64,000 bases of DNA from positions 3,138,436 through 3,202,435 of the forward strand of contig SMSO01000031.1 in NCBI GenBank assembly GCA_004764695.1. Reading direction: 5' to 3'. The notes below the pieces were generated by a model. That model did no database searches. It was not told where the DNA came from and saw nothing but the letters and a program-made list of their open reading frames with translations. Source of the DNA: Schizochytrium sp. TIO01. Lineage: Eukaryota; Protista; Bigyra: Labyrinthulomycetes. Position numbers and translations under genes: made by a program. Positions 1 to 11,737 of the stretch are shown piece after piece (position 1 is the first letter of the stretch; every line of letters starts with the position of its first letter).

Positions 1-20
1 GGCGGGGCCGGAGGGCTTTC

Positions 21-320
21 GAAAATTCTGTTTTCTATTTTCTTTATTATGTTCCATATCATAGAACCGGGAGGAACTTGATTGTTCTTGTCACTAGTAT
101 ATTAGAAGTTCTGTATGCTGACAACCCTTAGAAATACTTGTTTTCAACTTCCTTGTGCTATGTTCTATATCATAGAACCGAGAGGAATTTGCTCGTTCTT
201 GTCGCTGTTACATCACAAGTGCTGTGTATTGATTGCTCTTGAAAAAAATTTCGACTTCTCTTATGCCATATTACATATCACAGAACCGAGAGGAACTGTG
301 CTCTTCTCATTTGATACCAT
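21..320. repeat. Degenerate tandem repeat, ~110-bp unit, ~2.7 copies
   Basis: Core atatca(t/c)agaaccg(g/a)gaggaa recurs, with AGAACCG at 63, 174 and 282 (periods 111 and 108). Flanks also align (gttcttgtc; gaaa at 21/131/241). Confidence 0.8.
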
Positions 321-1383
321 GAGCATATATATATGGCTTGACTTCAGTTTTTGCCTCCGAGTCGAAGTGTTTTTAAATGAAGGCTTGAAAACATACCTAC
401 GAATCAACTCATGGACTCCGTACTTGATAAAAGATGAAAGCTTCCCTGGTTATTTTAAAGGATAAGGTTTCTTTGGTGATGTCTTCAAGATGAAGCCATG
501 GTTGCTACTCTAAGAAGCACTTCTCATCTTTTCCTTGTTTTAGACTTATCAAGTTTCCAGTTGCATCGTAGGTCCTTGTCTCGATGAATCACTACATTGC
601 AATCTTTCTGATTAGGTTATTCTGCGACTGTCTCTTCCACGACAGGATTAGAACTACTAAAACAAATGTACTGATGTATTAAAAAACAGAAAAAGTTCTG
701 ATATTGAGGCTTTCCCTCGGATGTTCGTTCACATGCGATGTTGAACCAATCGTGACTGTCTGATACAGAAAATTATGCATGTGAAGGAGCTTTGAAAACC
801 ACGTCGCGTCCGCGTACCAGGTTGCCTTCGAATGGATGATCATAACAAGGTGAAGGGTTGGTGCGACTGGAAAGAAAGAAAAGGATCGACTTGCTACTTT
901 TACGTCAGCGAGATTTTGACCAGAACCTACCAAAACCTTTCTGTTGTCAATTATCTAGAAGGTGTAAACACTTGCACATCGCATTTCAGGAACGGTGATC
1001 TTTGAAGATGATTTCGGTTCTGTATCAAGAAAGAAATAAACAGACGAAGTAAGGCAACTAGAAGAATATAATTATTGTCGCTCCAATGCTGTAAATTCGG
1101 TTAAACGGAAAAAAAATTAGCGTCTATCTAATGTGGCTGTCTATAGCAATGTAAACTCCTTCTTGAAGGGGAGGTCTTGTATGCCCCTAAGCTTTCATTT
1201 GGACTTGAGGCGTCAGTGATGCGCTCTATGAGGAAGTGCGTACAGTACTCGCTTTTATCTGGGAAAACGTATGGTGCAGTCCGCGTCTTATGTAACTACG
1301 TGCTGAAATGGCTAGTCTCAGAGTAATACCATTGTGAAAACAAAATTTTAGATGTAGATAGATCTTTAAATGCAATTAGATAT

Positions 1384-4300
1384 TTATTGTGAGTTTGACT
1401 TGGAAGCCTGAGAAGCCATGCTCAGGTTATCAGCCTCGATCATTGCACGTGTCGACTCTTTCTCAAGCACCATAGATACAAGGTCTGTGATGCGTCGGTC
1501 CTGCTGTGATTCTGGGACTGCGGCAATTGCATCGAGAGCACGGAGCGCCGAACGAATGTCGTTGTTTGCATGGTTCATCACTGAGCCTTGCGCCTCCTTC
1601 ACAGTCTTGTTCAATGTCTGGGCCAATGGCTCCAACACAGTGTTGATTTCGCTCAAGAGGATGTGTGGAGAACGTTGAGCGATCTGAATAAGAATTTGGT
1701 GGCAAAGCATTTGAACTTCATCGACGTCAGCAAGACCCTTGGCGAGGTGAGGAAGGAGATCAACAATCGGAACCGTTTCAGGGATCGTATCGAGCATTGT
1801 GAGAATGCATGAAAATGACGCTTTGCGTAGGGGTAAACCATCATCCACGACGTGCTTGAAGGGTCCAAGGTCAACAGTGCGCTTCAGTGTAGGGTCAACA
1901 CGCATGTCTTTGAAAAGCGAGGGAACGATTTGCTCTCTGGCAACATCATGGATAACTGCAGTGCGGTGATGAGCAAGTGACGTGAATGCAACAATTGATG
2001 AACGGCGGACATTGAGGTCCTCATCGTTGAGAAGAGTTACAAAGATACTGATATGCTCACGCAATGCTTGGACCGGCTGGTCACTGCTACTGGCAAACTT
2101 GAGAGACATTACCAAGGTGCAACGTGCCATCGGCTCGCCAGATGCACCTTCTACTGCCTTGGCCAAGTAAGGAACAATTTGGTCGGGCTTGAGGATGGCA
2201 AGCTTACCAAAACATTCCGCAACCATGTTACGCACACCCTCCTCAGTGCTTCTGCAGTGGCGCTCTAATACAGGGACAATTTCATCCACAGGGAGAGCCG
2301 TTCCGGATGCAGCCTTGGACATGTTGTGCTTAACAATGACCTCCCGAAGGGAGCTTAGCAAAAGGTATTGTTGAGCCTCCTCTGTACGTTCACGTAGAGC
2401 CTTCATGAGAAGAGGTAGATAAGAAGGCATATTACCCAGCGTCAGGTTACCTAGAGCCGTAGCAGATGCTGACTTGACCTCTTCGGAGCAGGCCTTGCTA
2501 TCAAGACAAGCGAGCACCGTAGAGTAAGCCTCATCGGAAATAGAAGCCAAATCAATGTCACGACCAATCTCTCCAAGGGAAAGGAGAGCAAGGTTAATTG
2601 ACGTCGAGGCAATATCGTCAGCTCCCGCAGCCACACCATTCTTAATATCAGCAATGATCTGGTTTACAGTAGCATCACAACGGGATTGATCTGGAGTTGA
2701 AGTACAAATTACGCCAATCGCACGTGACAACGACGAGACGGCGTTTTTCGACAATTTTCCTGTTGATTCGTCCTTGGACGGTTGAATAACCATAGCAAGG
2801 ACCTCATCAAAACCGAGAGGAGCGATCTGCAACTTCATTAGCAAACGCAAAAGTTCAAGAACGGCTTCAAGAGTTGATCCGCCAGTCTGAAGCAGGGATG
2901 AAGTCATAAGGCTGATGCAACGCGGGAGAATGGTCGCTGCAGTCATGCTCACAACCTCTTGTTTGTCAGGTGCATATTCTAGAGTGGTAATACACAGAGA
3001 GATGGCCATCTGGCTGAGGTAGAGGTCGCGATCGTCAATGAGCCTTGCTGCATTTTCAAGTTCATCCTTGTAGAGCGTGGAAGAGATGCAGCTCGAGCTA
3101 GATCTAATGAGTTCACAAAGTGTAGAGAGCGTGTTTTGCTTGAGAGTGCGGCTCTGCTGACGCAAGAACTGCACCAAATCGTTGACCAGGCTCTCCACAA
3201 TAGGACTAATGTCAAGGCATAAAGGTGAAGACGCGATCTCTTCGATGCATTTGAGAGCAGGAAGGCGGGTAATTTCGTTGCGCAAACGCTCCTGCAGAAG
3301 CTCAAGTACCATAGCAAGCTGGTCCTTAAGCATGTCACCACAGCGAGAGAAAAGAGCACCAATGGCCAAGATGGCACATTCCTTGATCTCCTGATCGACG
3401 TGGTGAGTTTGAAGGCGAGGCAGTACTGCATCATAGCAGGGCCGCACAAACTCTGAACAATCAAAGTCAGCAGCGGAGGAGTCTGTCATAGCAACATCAT
3501 CAGCGGCTCCGCTTGACTTGACTTGCGGCCGGAAGACTGAGACCATATCAGCAATCACACGAAGTGATTCTGCAGCAATCTTGTACCATTCGGCACCAGC
3601 ACAGGTAAGGATAGGGCCGTACAGAGTCTTGAGATGCGGTTGGATACAGGAGGCGTTATGGGTCTCGAAAATTTTCCCAATAAATTGCAAGCATGCAAAG
3701 ATAAGTGAGGAGTCTCGGTCAAGGCGCAGAGATTCCAGCAAGAGCGGGACCAGTACACCAATGTGGTTTTCAAGTCCACCTCCAAGCAGAATCACCAGTT
3801 CTTGCAAGAGCTCGAAGATGCTTGTGCGCGTCTTCTCTGCCTTTTTCTCTTTGAGGATCTTAGTTGTAACCTTGATGATCTTGTCCACATCTTGTCCAAT
3901 GTGTACCCGAACCTCGCTGTTCGAGCGAGCAAACTCTTGAGCTACAGCGCTATTGGATGACTTGTTGCCTTTTGTTGTGATGGTAGCTCCACCACGGACA
4001 GTGCGTAGGAGAGCTGTGTAGCAATTGACCAGATCCAGACGGACATTGTCATCGCGTTCCTTGAAACAGGAGAGGATCAGATCTCCGCACTTGTTGTAAA
4101 TATCGCCAAGGATGTCGGGACGGGACACGATAATAGCACGAACGACTTTAACAGAGGCGCGACGAACCTTCCAGCTAGTATCATCCTCATCAGAATATTC
4201 ATCATCATCATACTCCTCATAATCCTCGTCTTCTCCATCATACATATCTTCGCCATCTGCATCATCCTGATCTTCGCTATAATGATAGTTTGGGTCATAA

Positions 4301-5223
4301 CGCAAGAAGGCCAATGTAGGGTCAAGAATCTCGGGAATGTGAGAAGATGCCTCATGCGGGCAACGAATAACAAAAGATTCAAATGCGTGCAAGATGTTCT
4401 CCCGCAGCTCATCAGATTCCTCGTTCTGCATGGCCTCGTCATCCGGGTTCTTGAGTGAGGCAAGGAAAAGGGGCACAATACGTTTAAGATGAGAACCGAG
4501 GCGGAACCCAACCATGCGGGAGATCGTTCCGATAGTCTGGATTAATGTGCGTTTATCACTGCCAGGCTTGGGGTTTTCGATTTGCTCCAGGAGGGTACGG
4601 ATGATACGGTCAAGCAGGTCATCGGAGACAACGGTAGCCAGGCGACCGAGGCAAGCCGCAGCGCGCTTGCGCACAGCAGGCTTCGGGATAGAGAGCTGCT
4701 GAAGAGCTGTGGAGGAGATGTTGCTGTGTTCAGAAGTCATGGCATAGCCGTAGAACTTGATCAGGTCTGTCAGGAGGTCGAGACACTCGAGTTTGATGCT
4801 CTCGTCCTCATCCATTTTGACACCTCCCAGAAGTCGAGAGGCCAGATCCATGGCAATCTTTGGGCCCATGTTTGACGGGAGCGTTCCTAGACAGGTCTTA
4901 AGGCCGATTGCATAGATATCACGAAGGTCGGGCTTTCCTGTGAGGATGAGGTTGGCCAGCTTGTTGCAAATGTCTCGCACCTGAGTCTCCTCGACCTTCT
5001 TGACAAGAATCGCAAGGCAACGCACAGCCACAGTCTGCACATCGTTTGAGGTGTCATCAAGACGCAAGAGGATCGACTGGCAGATACGTCTCTCCAAATG
5101 AAGATCCATCTTTACGTCGCCTTCAAGGCTACGGCACAAGTCATTCACAGCCATGTAGCGTTCATCTTTGTCATAATCCGCGGTCTTCTCCAGCAGAGAA
5201 GTTATTTCACGAGCGGTCGCCAT
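1384..5223 (-). CDS. CAND1: Cullin-associated NEDD8-dissociated protein 1 (CAND1/TIP120), HEAT-repeat protein
   Basis: 1279-aa ORF. Hallmarks: N-terminal LLEK..DYDKDERYMA.NDL; acidic loop ending YSDEDDTSWKVRRAS; C-terminal beta-hairpin RTVDLGPFKHVVDDGLPLRKASF. Confidence 0.97.
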   Translation of the reverse strand: MATAREITSLLEKTADYDKDERYMAVNDLCRSLEGDVKMDLHLERRICQSILLRLDDTSNDVQTVAVRCLAILVKKVEETQVRDICNKLANLILTGKPDLRDIYAIGLKTCLGTLPSNMGPKIAMDLASRLLGGVKMDEDESIKLECLDLLTDLIKFYGYAMTSEHSNISSTALQQLSIPKPAVRKRAAACLGRLATVVSDDLLDRIIRTLLEQIENPKPGSDKRTLIQTIGTISRMVGFRLGSHLKRIVPLFLASLKNPDDEAMQNEESDELRENILHAFESFVIRCPHEASSHIPEILDPTLAFLRYDPNYHYSEDQDDADGEDMYDGEDEDYEEYDDDEYSDEDDTSWKVRRASVKVVRAIIVSRPDILGDIYNKCGDLILSCFKERDDNVRLDLVNCYTALLRTVRGGATITTKGNKSSNSAVAQEFARSNSEVRVHIGQDVDKIIKVTTKILKEKKAEKTRTSIFELLQELVILLGGGLENHIGVLVPLLLESLRLDRDSSLIFACLQFIGKIFETHNASCIQPHLKTLYGPILTCAGAEWYKIAAESLRVIADMVSVFRPQVKSSGAADDVAMTDSSAADFDCSEFVRPCYDAVLPRLQTHHVDQEIKECAILAIGALFSRCGDMLKDQLAMVLELLQERLRNEITRLPALKCIEEIASSPLCLDISPIVESLVNDLVQFLRQQSRTLKQNTLSTLCELIRSSSSCISSTLYKDELENAARLIDDRDLYLSQMAISLCITTLEYAPDKQEVVSMTAATILPRCISLMTSSLLQTGGSTLEAVLELLRLLMKLQIAPLGFDEVLAMVIQPSKDESTGKLSKNAVSSLSRAIGVICTSTPDQSRCDATVNQIIADIKNGVAAGADDIASTSINLALLSLGEIGRDIDLASISDEAYSTVLACLDSKACSEEVKSASATALGNLTLGNMPSYLPLLMKALRERTEEAQQYLLLSSLREVIVKHNMSKAASGTALPVDEIVPVLERHCRSTEEGVRNMVAECFGKLAILKPDQIVPYLAKAVEGASGEPMARCTLVMSLKFASSSDQPVQALREHISIFVTLLNDEDLNVRRSSIVAFTSLAHHRTAVIHDVAREQIVPSLFKDMRVDPTLKRTVDLGPFKHVVDDGLPLRKASFSCILTMLDTIPETVPIVDLLPHLAKGLADVDEVQMLCHQILIQIAQRSPHILLSEINTVLEPLAQTLNKTVKEAQGSVMNHANNDIRSALRALDAIAAVPESQQDRRITDLVSMVLEKESTRAMIEADNLSMASQASKSNSQ

Positions 5224-6377
5224 GTTCGCAAGACTTTAGGGTAGCCTTAATTGCGTATTCTTTTTGCACAGAACTCGCTTTTCCTTCGCGCGAAGAGGTT
5301 GAAGAAAGGATACCAAAGATTTGATGACGGAAATAGATCGATCTAATCTGATCTGATCCGAGCTAGTCAAATCGAATTGAATCGAGCCCAAGTTCTCTGC
5401 TCAGCGTGATCCGGCGTTGGAGTCAGCGGCCTCTACGTGCTTTACCCTCGACGAGAGCACGGAGAGAACTTCTGCGGCGAGCGGACTTAGCTCGCGGCCT
5501 TTGCTCTCGCGATTTGAGAATTAATTCGCGATGAACGACTTTGCGGCCTTTGAAAAGATAGAAATCAAAGATAAAGAAACAACAAATTGATAGTAATTAA
5601 TTAAAAAGAGAGAGAAGCCAAAGAAGCAGAGCGAAGCTAGTAGATACCATAGATACTTTTAGGAGTGCTGCTCATCCAGTATGAGTACTAATAGGTAAAT
5701 AGTTACTAGTCTACTGCTAGTGCTCTTATTTTAGCTTATGTTAGTTATCCTTTCTTCTTTGTCTGCGTTCTTCAGTAGCGCTCTCAAGGGAGTACCCAAA
5801 GATCTATTTAGAGATGGGTAAAGACTCTTGAAGGCGAGAGGAGAAAGGCGATTGCCCAGTCCTTACTAATGTCTTTGGAGCTAAAAATTGTTCTAGCTGG
5901 ACTGGCTTTCTGAATCCTCTTGGGAACATCACCAATACGAAAGTAACCATGCACTTGAGGAACTCAAATACCGAATGAAGCGGGGGATACATCAGAAGTG
6001 AATTGATCTGATTTATTTTGCCTCTCCGTTTTGCCTTGCACCCAGCTAAATACTTTTGTATATGTAGCTACAACTACCACCTACGCTACACAGGATAAAT
6101 ATCTTCAAAAGATATCAGCTTTAGATTCCAATTCCTGGAACAATACGATTTGAGGAAGCCAATACAAGTCGCTGAGGTCGTCAATCGTGTGATGATGGAG
6201 CGCAAATTAGCAAGAGTCGAAAAGTTAATGAGAGGAGACCTAGTCATAGAAAAGGTTATCAATTGATCGTTAATGCATGTGCAATAATACAGTATTTTTT
6301 TGTATAATGGCAAGGCACATTCTTGACTCGGTAAGAGGAAGGATAAGACATTTGATACGAGGATAAAGCGGATACTT

Positions 6378-7976
6378 TTAAGCATCACGAAGTTTTGAGC
6401 GCCATTCATCTCCAAGACCTTCAATCTGTGCGATTGGATAGCACCATTTATCCTTTGTTTCTGAACAACGAAGATCTGTACTCTTTCGTTGGATCAGTTT
6501 AACGAGTTGGCGGTTTTCATAGCCAGGCTTGCAGAACTTCTCTTTGTACAGTGAAGCAACGTGATTGAGGTAGTAGATGGCGTGGCAAAGAATCCAAGCA
6601 TTTTGTTTAGCTTTTGGCTCGTCAGTCATACGCCAAAGGTCGTCAGGTGGCTGGATAATAAGCGGCGAGTCACATTCCAAAATGTCAGCAGGGACATGAC
6701 CCTTGTGGAACATCCATGGTCCCTTGTAGCGGTCAGGGGCCTTGAAGTTTGAAGCCATATGAATAAAGACTGGAAGTCGGTTAGCAGGTGTCGAGAGCGG
6801 GTTGCGACAGGAAAGATCTTTCACATCGATGAATGGGTATGCTTGACCTGAGCGACCACTTGTTGAAACCATGTACTGGTCGAGGGTGGTGTGCTTAAGA
6901 CCAAGATGAGCTGAGGCAATGGAATAAGCCCACATGTCAGCAAGAATATCCTTTTCGTGCTCGAGAACAGGTCGCATGTATTTTGCCCAGAGCTTGCTCA
7001 GTTTGGTGAGATCATCAACATGAAGCATGAGTGGAGGGCCTACACTGGTATGCTGTGCAGCTTCACGTGAAGTCCATGTAAGTGCTGGAGAGGATGAATC
7101 GCCGACTATGTCAACGAGCTTATCGCCGAACATGTGTACCCAGCCACCTTCGAGGCCGTAGCGCTGTGCGACTGGACGACCAAGCTTCACCCAGTCAAGA
7201 GGCTTATTTGCCTCGGGATCCTTTTCTTGGCCGCGGCTAGTGATGATATTGGCAGGGTCTGTATCTGACTGCGAAAGAGGGCGAAGGAAGAGGAAGTCAG
7301 GATCCAGAATAGCAATGACAGTTTCGCCCATGCGATCCAATTCCGGGCGTGCATGCTGCATAAAGTATTCGATCGAGCTAGGCTTATTAATCCAAGGAAA
7401 ATCACGTGCACCATCAAAAGACGGTGTAATGTAGAGTCCAAAGTTTTCGTTGATAGATCTGTTGAGCTTGGCCATTGGCACAAGGAGATCGTTGCGGCCT
7501 TCTGGGAAAGTTTGGTGTGTGTGGCGGATCTTTTCAGCTGTTCGGTCGTGGCAGCCGCTGACGATTCGCGTGATGCGTCCACGCTGGCCAACTAGCTTTG
7601 CCGTCGCCAGCAAAAGCTCAGATTGCCAGTGCTGAAAGTAGTTGCAGCCAGACGAGAAAATGACGTGGAGCTTGCCATCATCAGGGTGCGATGCTCCAGC
7701 CGGAATCTGTGGAATCCGAGCAAACCCGATGGGATACTCTTCTTCAGCAGTTGCAACAGTTTGCCGGAGCCTTGGGACACCGTTGGCGATATTTTTGGCG
7801 TGAAGGTTGTTATTGGCAGAGCCTACCGTTGACGGCAACGCATATCGCTGTACCATCAGCAAAAAGATCAACAGTAACGAGAAGACTACTCCCAGCGAGG
7901 TCAGATATTTGCGGAGCCGCCATCCTTTCATCCGGTACTTGCTGTCCTCATGGCCTCCATCCTGCAAGCCTACCAT
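6378..7976 (-). CDS. Type II membrane glycosyltransferase, peptidyl-serine alpha-galactosyltransferase (SERGT1) / hydroxyproline O-arabinosyltransferase (HPAT)-like
   Basis: 532 aa. Single N-terminal TM (LTSLGVVFSLLLIFLLMV). Family-like motifs HVIFSSGCNYFQHWQS, WINKPSSI, DxD motif ILDPDFLFLRPL, VGPPLMLH, ADMWAYSIASAHLGLKH. Confidence 0.82.
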   Translation of the reverse strand: MVGLQDGGHEDSKYRMKGWRLRKYLTSLGVVFSLLLIFLLMVQRYALPSTVGSANNNLHAKNIANGVPRLRQTVATAEEEYPIGFARIPQIPAGASHPDDGKLHVIFSSGCNYFQHWQSELLLATAKLVGQRGRITRIVSGCHDRTAEKIRHTHQTFPEGRNDLLVPMAKLNRSINENFGLYITPSFDGARDFPWINKPSSIEYFMQHARPELDRMGETVIAILDPDFLFLRPLSQSDTDPANIITSRGQEKDPEANKPLDWVKLGRPVAQRYGLEGGWVHMFGDKLVDIVGDSSSPALTWTSREAAQHTSVGPPLMLHVDDLTKLSKLWAKYMRPVLEHEKDILADMWAYSIASAHLGLKHTTLDQYMVSTSGRSGQAYPFIDVKDLSCRNPLSTPANRLPVFIHMASNFKAPDRYKGPWMFHKGHVPADILECDSPLIIQPPDDLWRMTDEPKAKQNAWILCHAIYYLNHVASLYKEKFCKPGYENRQLVKLIQRKSTDLRCSETKDKWCYPIAQIEGLGDEWRSKLRDA

Positions 7977-9654
7977 CGTTCCTTAGAGACTCGCAAGGCC
8001 AAAGCCTAGCGCTCTGACTACCAAGAGTCACGCCACGTCCTTGTTTTGCTGAGCGGAAACAACTTCGGGGCTTGCAAGGTTGAGCCAAGCCAGAGTCTTC
8101 CTCAGCTCTTTTTTATTTAGGTAGTGAGTGCTACCTTGTAGGTAGCTGTAGGTAAAAAGCATTAGCAGTAGCTTATTACCAATAGTACTAGCAAAACTTG
8201 CATTTTCTGTGATAACCTATTCACGAGTTAAAAAAACAACCTGGACCCACAAACATTTTATTAACTACGTCCTTGGATAGGTAGTACAGAAGTATGCCTG
8301 TGATGGCGTGCATCTTCGAATCGGCTACGTGTTTGCATTTAGCACGACATGGATTTTCTTATTATTGCTACATAATAAATCACAATAGCCCATTTGTTAC
8401 TTCTTTTGCGCTTTCTAACTATGTTTGATGCTCCTGCATAGAGCCAATTTGTCTGTCATAGATGAATCAAAATGCTGTTCAACCAACACGAAGAGCTACT
8501 TCGAAAGATACGTATAGATCACGTTTCAGTAATGAAAAGATCGAGGCGGCGCTAGATTTTAGATAGATCAAGCTAAATGAAACAACATACTTAAATTCCT
8601 GCACGAAAATCAATATCTCACTCTCAGAAATTATTAAACTTTTTGTTCGTATCGAAAATACATATGACAGAAACTACCTGAGCTGCATGCTCCACCACGC
8701 CTGGTTTAGAATGTTGTGCTGAAAATATATAATTACAGCTACAGTAGCTTTCCTACGAAATGAATCCTAAATTGATTGATGTTCGAAATACGCGTGAAAT
8801 ATGAGTGTGCGAACCTCACCGAGGCCGAACCATCTGGCATTGCAGTCTGTCGTCAGCCTACACCGAGTATTAGTTATGTCAACAATTATGAACGTCTTAA
8901 CAATAATCTTTCTTCTCTTCTATTAATGTTAGAATAATGAAAGATTCGTGAATCATCTGGCTGACTTAGCCTATCCCCACTGTCAATAAAAGCCATGCGA
9001 AAGTGCCTGGTAGTCTCCAAACAGGTTTTAAATATATGTGTACATATATATTAAAATACGAACGAATTTCCACTACTCTGCTGTTTTACATACTGTATCC
9101 AATTGACTGTCACTGAATTGATGAAAACTTGTTCCTGGCTCCCGAGCTCCTCTGACATAGAAGCGCCGCATGGCACATTTCAACTTGTCCTTTGGCAGTG
9201 ATGAGTGATTGAGCGATGATAACAACCTTCACGATGGTTTCCCCACCAAAAAAGAAAAAAAAGGAAAAGAAAAGTCCGCTTCCAGCATGCGTCTAAGTTA
9301 CGTTGTGTGCCGGCAAAATCGGCGGGCCGGCCGCTTCCATGCTGCTGCAAGCGAGTCGTTGTATTCAAGCTCGATCAAGCGGTGCTCCACGACTGCCATG
9401 GCTCGCTCCAGTAGATCTTCGACTTTTATCTCCTCAAGAGTTCCTGCTTAGCCACACTTAGCGCCGATGCAAGGCGTCGATGCAGGTTCCTGGGCCAGCA
9501 ACCGCGCACAAGATCTCGTGGAGCTGCAGTTTCGCCTCAGAGGCTTGCGATCGAAACCTTGTTAAGGCGGGGTTGCCATGCTGAGTCCCGCGTGGACCCC
9601 TCGAAGCTTGGTGCTTCGTTTCGAATACTGCTTTCCCAGATGGCCAGGCGCCTG

Positions 9655-9679
9655 TGTATGTATGTATGTATGTATGTAT
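9655..9679. repeat. (TATG)n microsatellite
   Basis: Five perfect TATG units, 9657-9676. Confidence 0.9.
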
Positions 9680-11700
9680 CTACAGAGTTGTTCTTCACAA
9701 ACTCACGTTCTTCTTGAGCTTTCAAATACAGACTTCAATTAGTACCAATAGTTAGGTAATACTACCAACATCAAAAACAATTTTCATTTTATTTTCAAAC
9801 CTCCTCGATGATACCAACTTTCATACTTTCTTTTTATAACTTGAACAGTGAAAATCAAATAAAAAGTCCCTCTTGTTCCACCTTTTAAAAGAATCCGTGT
9901 GCACTGCACACGAGACCCGTGTATGCCTGTGCGTCTATTTCGTCAACAAATCGACGTCGCTTTGGGTTTTACCAGGCAGGACCTTGAAGACACCTCAACT
10001 TCGCACAGAACGCCAATACAATAAACATGCTCCGTCGCCAATGCAGTCCCCCCCATCCTTTAAGGCGCGGTAGCCCCATCCTGCTCCGGCCCCCGCTCAA
10101 GATAAGCGAGCTGGTGCGCACCGAAAGGGACTGCTCCGGCGAACGCAGGGGCCCCTTCGTTACGCGTGCACTCTGTTGTGCACGAAGCAGTATGCGAAAC
10201 AACCTCCGTCTGTCTTACCGAGAGGCAGCGCGAGGAGGAGTACGCGAGTAGCTATAGCTGTGCCAAACGCAGCCATCCTGAGAAAACCTTTCGATGCCCT
10301 TCGCGGCGCCGTGGTCTCCAGCGGCCTCCACCCCGGCCACCGTCTCCGCGATGGCCCGCCTCGAAGCTGGCCTTTTCGCGCGTATTTGTAGATATGTAGG
10401 CACGTGCTGCGAGTGTGTCTTTCTTTGCGCTGTCCATAGCCACCTTATCTCTCAGAAGGTCGGCTCAGCAAACAAACTCGGGTACCTGCGAAAGGCCCAC
10501 GGGCGCCGTGCCGGTGCTCTTCGAGCTGGCTACCTTCACTTGGAGGCCCTCAAGAGCGACGACGGCCTGGCTCGAAGGGATCTCGCAGCGCCTAGGTATG
10601 TATTCCGTGGGCTATCTCTCTCTCGAGGATATCTTCGGTCTTGGGGACAGCTATGCAGTCCCCAAGGTTGCATCTGACCATAAGCATCCGCGAGGGTGTG
10701 CACAAAATGTAATAAGCACCGGAGCCTGTGCTGCTTAACTCCCTCAGGTTCTTCACAGCGAAGGTCATAAGCGGCACGAGGCGAAGGAACAGGCGCTCGC
10801 GACTCCAAGCAGCAAGCAGCTCTTCTCTTCTGGAGCGCGGGGCCTGTGTCCCATGGGCGAATCGCGTTTGCGCTCGACAACTGCGACGCTTTCCAGTTTC
10901 GACGCCAAGCCCAGAACGCAATAAGGGCGCTTGGCCAACTTGAAGTGCGCCAAAGTGAAACGCAAACCATTTCGAGTTCAAGTTATAGACACCACTTCGA
11001 CACTTCTCGCTACTCAGGAGTAATGGGGCCTAGTGCTTTAAACAAAAAAAAGTATTTTTTTATTGCTATTATTAATAGCAATAGGACATTAGAAAAGAGA
11101 TAACACTTAGAAAGGCTTTTTTTTTTTAATGTTTTAATTTTTTTATTATTTAAAAGTTAAATTTTAAAAAAATGAAAAAAAAATTTGAAAAAGAAGATCT
11201 CTCTCATTTTACCCAGTGAATGAGAATCCGGGTCATTTTCTTCATTAATTTATTTTTAACTTAATATATATATATAAATATTTGTAAATCAATAACTAAC
11301 ATCCTTATTCTAAGTTGTAAAAATAATTTACAACATACATATTTTGGGTTTTCTAACTTTCTACGCATTAGGCGTAGCCAGGTGCTAGGCACCTACCCAC
11401 TTACTTCCCGCGGCGCGTCTCACTACAAGTTGCTAAAACCCACGGTCGCTCGCGAATCCGCCATGGCCAAAGATGCCTTCCTCGATACTTCATCAGAACG
11501 ACTGTTGCAGGGCCGATACCAAGAAGAGCAGGGAGAGAGAAAGAGAGAAACGTTCCGTGCTGAGCTCAAGCTCTATCTCCGCGGCTTTGATCTCTTGCCT
11601 TGCCCAGAGAAATAACTGCGAACAGCTCGGTTTTTCAGAAATGATATTTTTATTAGTTTGCAAGGATACTTACTCCTCGTGGAGCTTCTCATTAGAGTGA

Positions 11701-11737
11701 TGAATGAATGAATGAATGAATGAATGAATGAATGAAT
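11701..11737. repeat. (TGAA)9 microsatellite
   Basis: Read directly from sequence. Confidence 0.95.

Noticed and set aside
21-320. CRISPR-like array
   Set aside because: Whole units are homologous, the period is about 110 bp, the context is eukaryotic and there are no cas genes.
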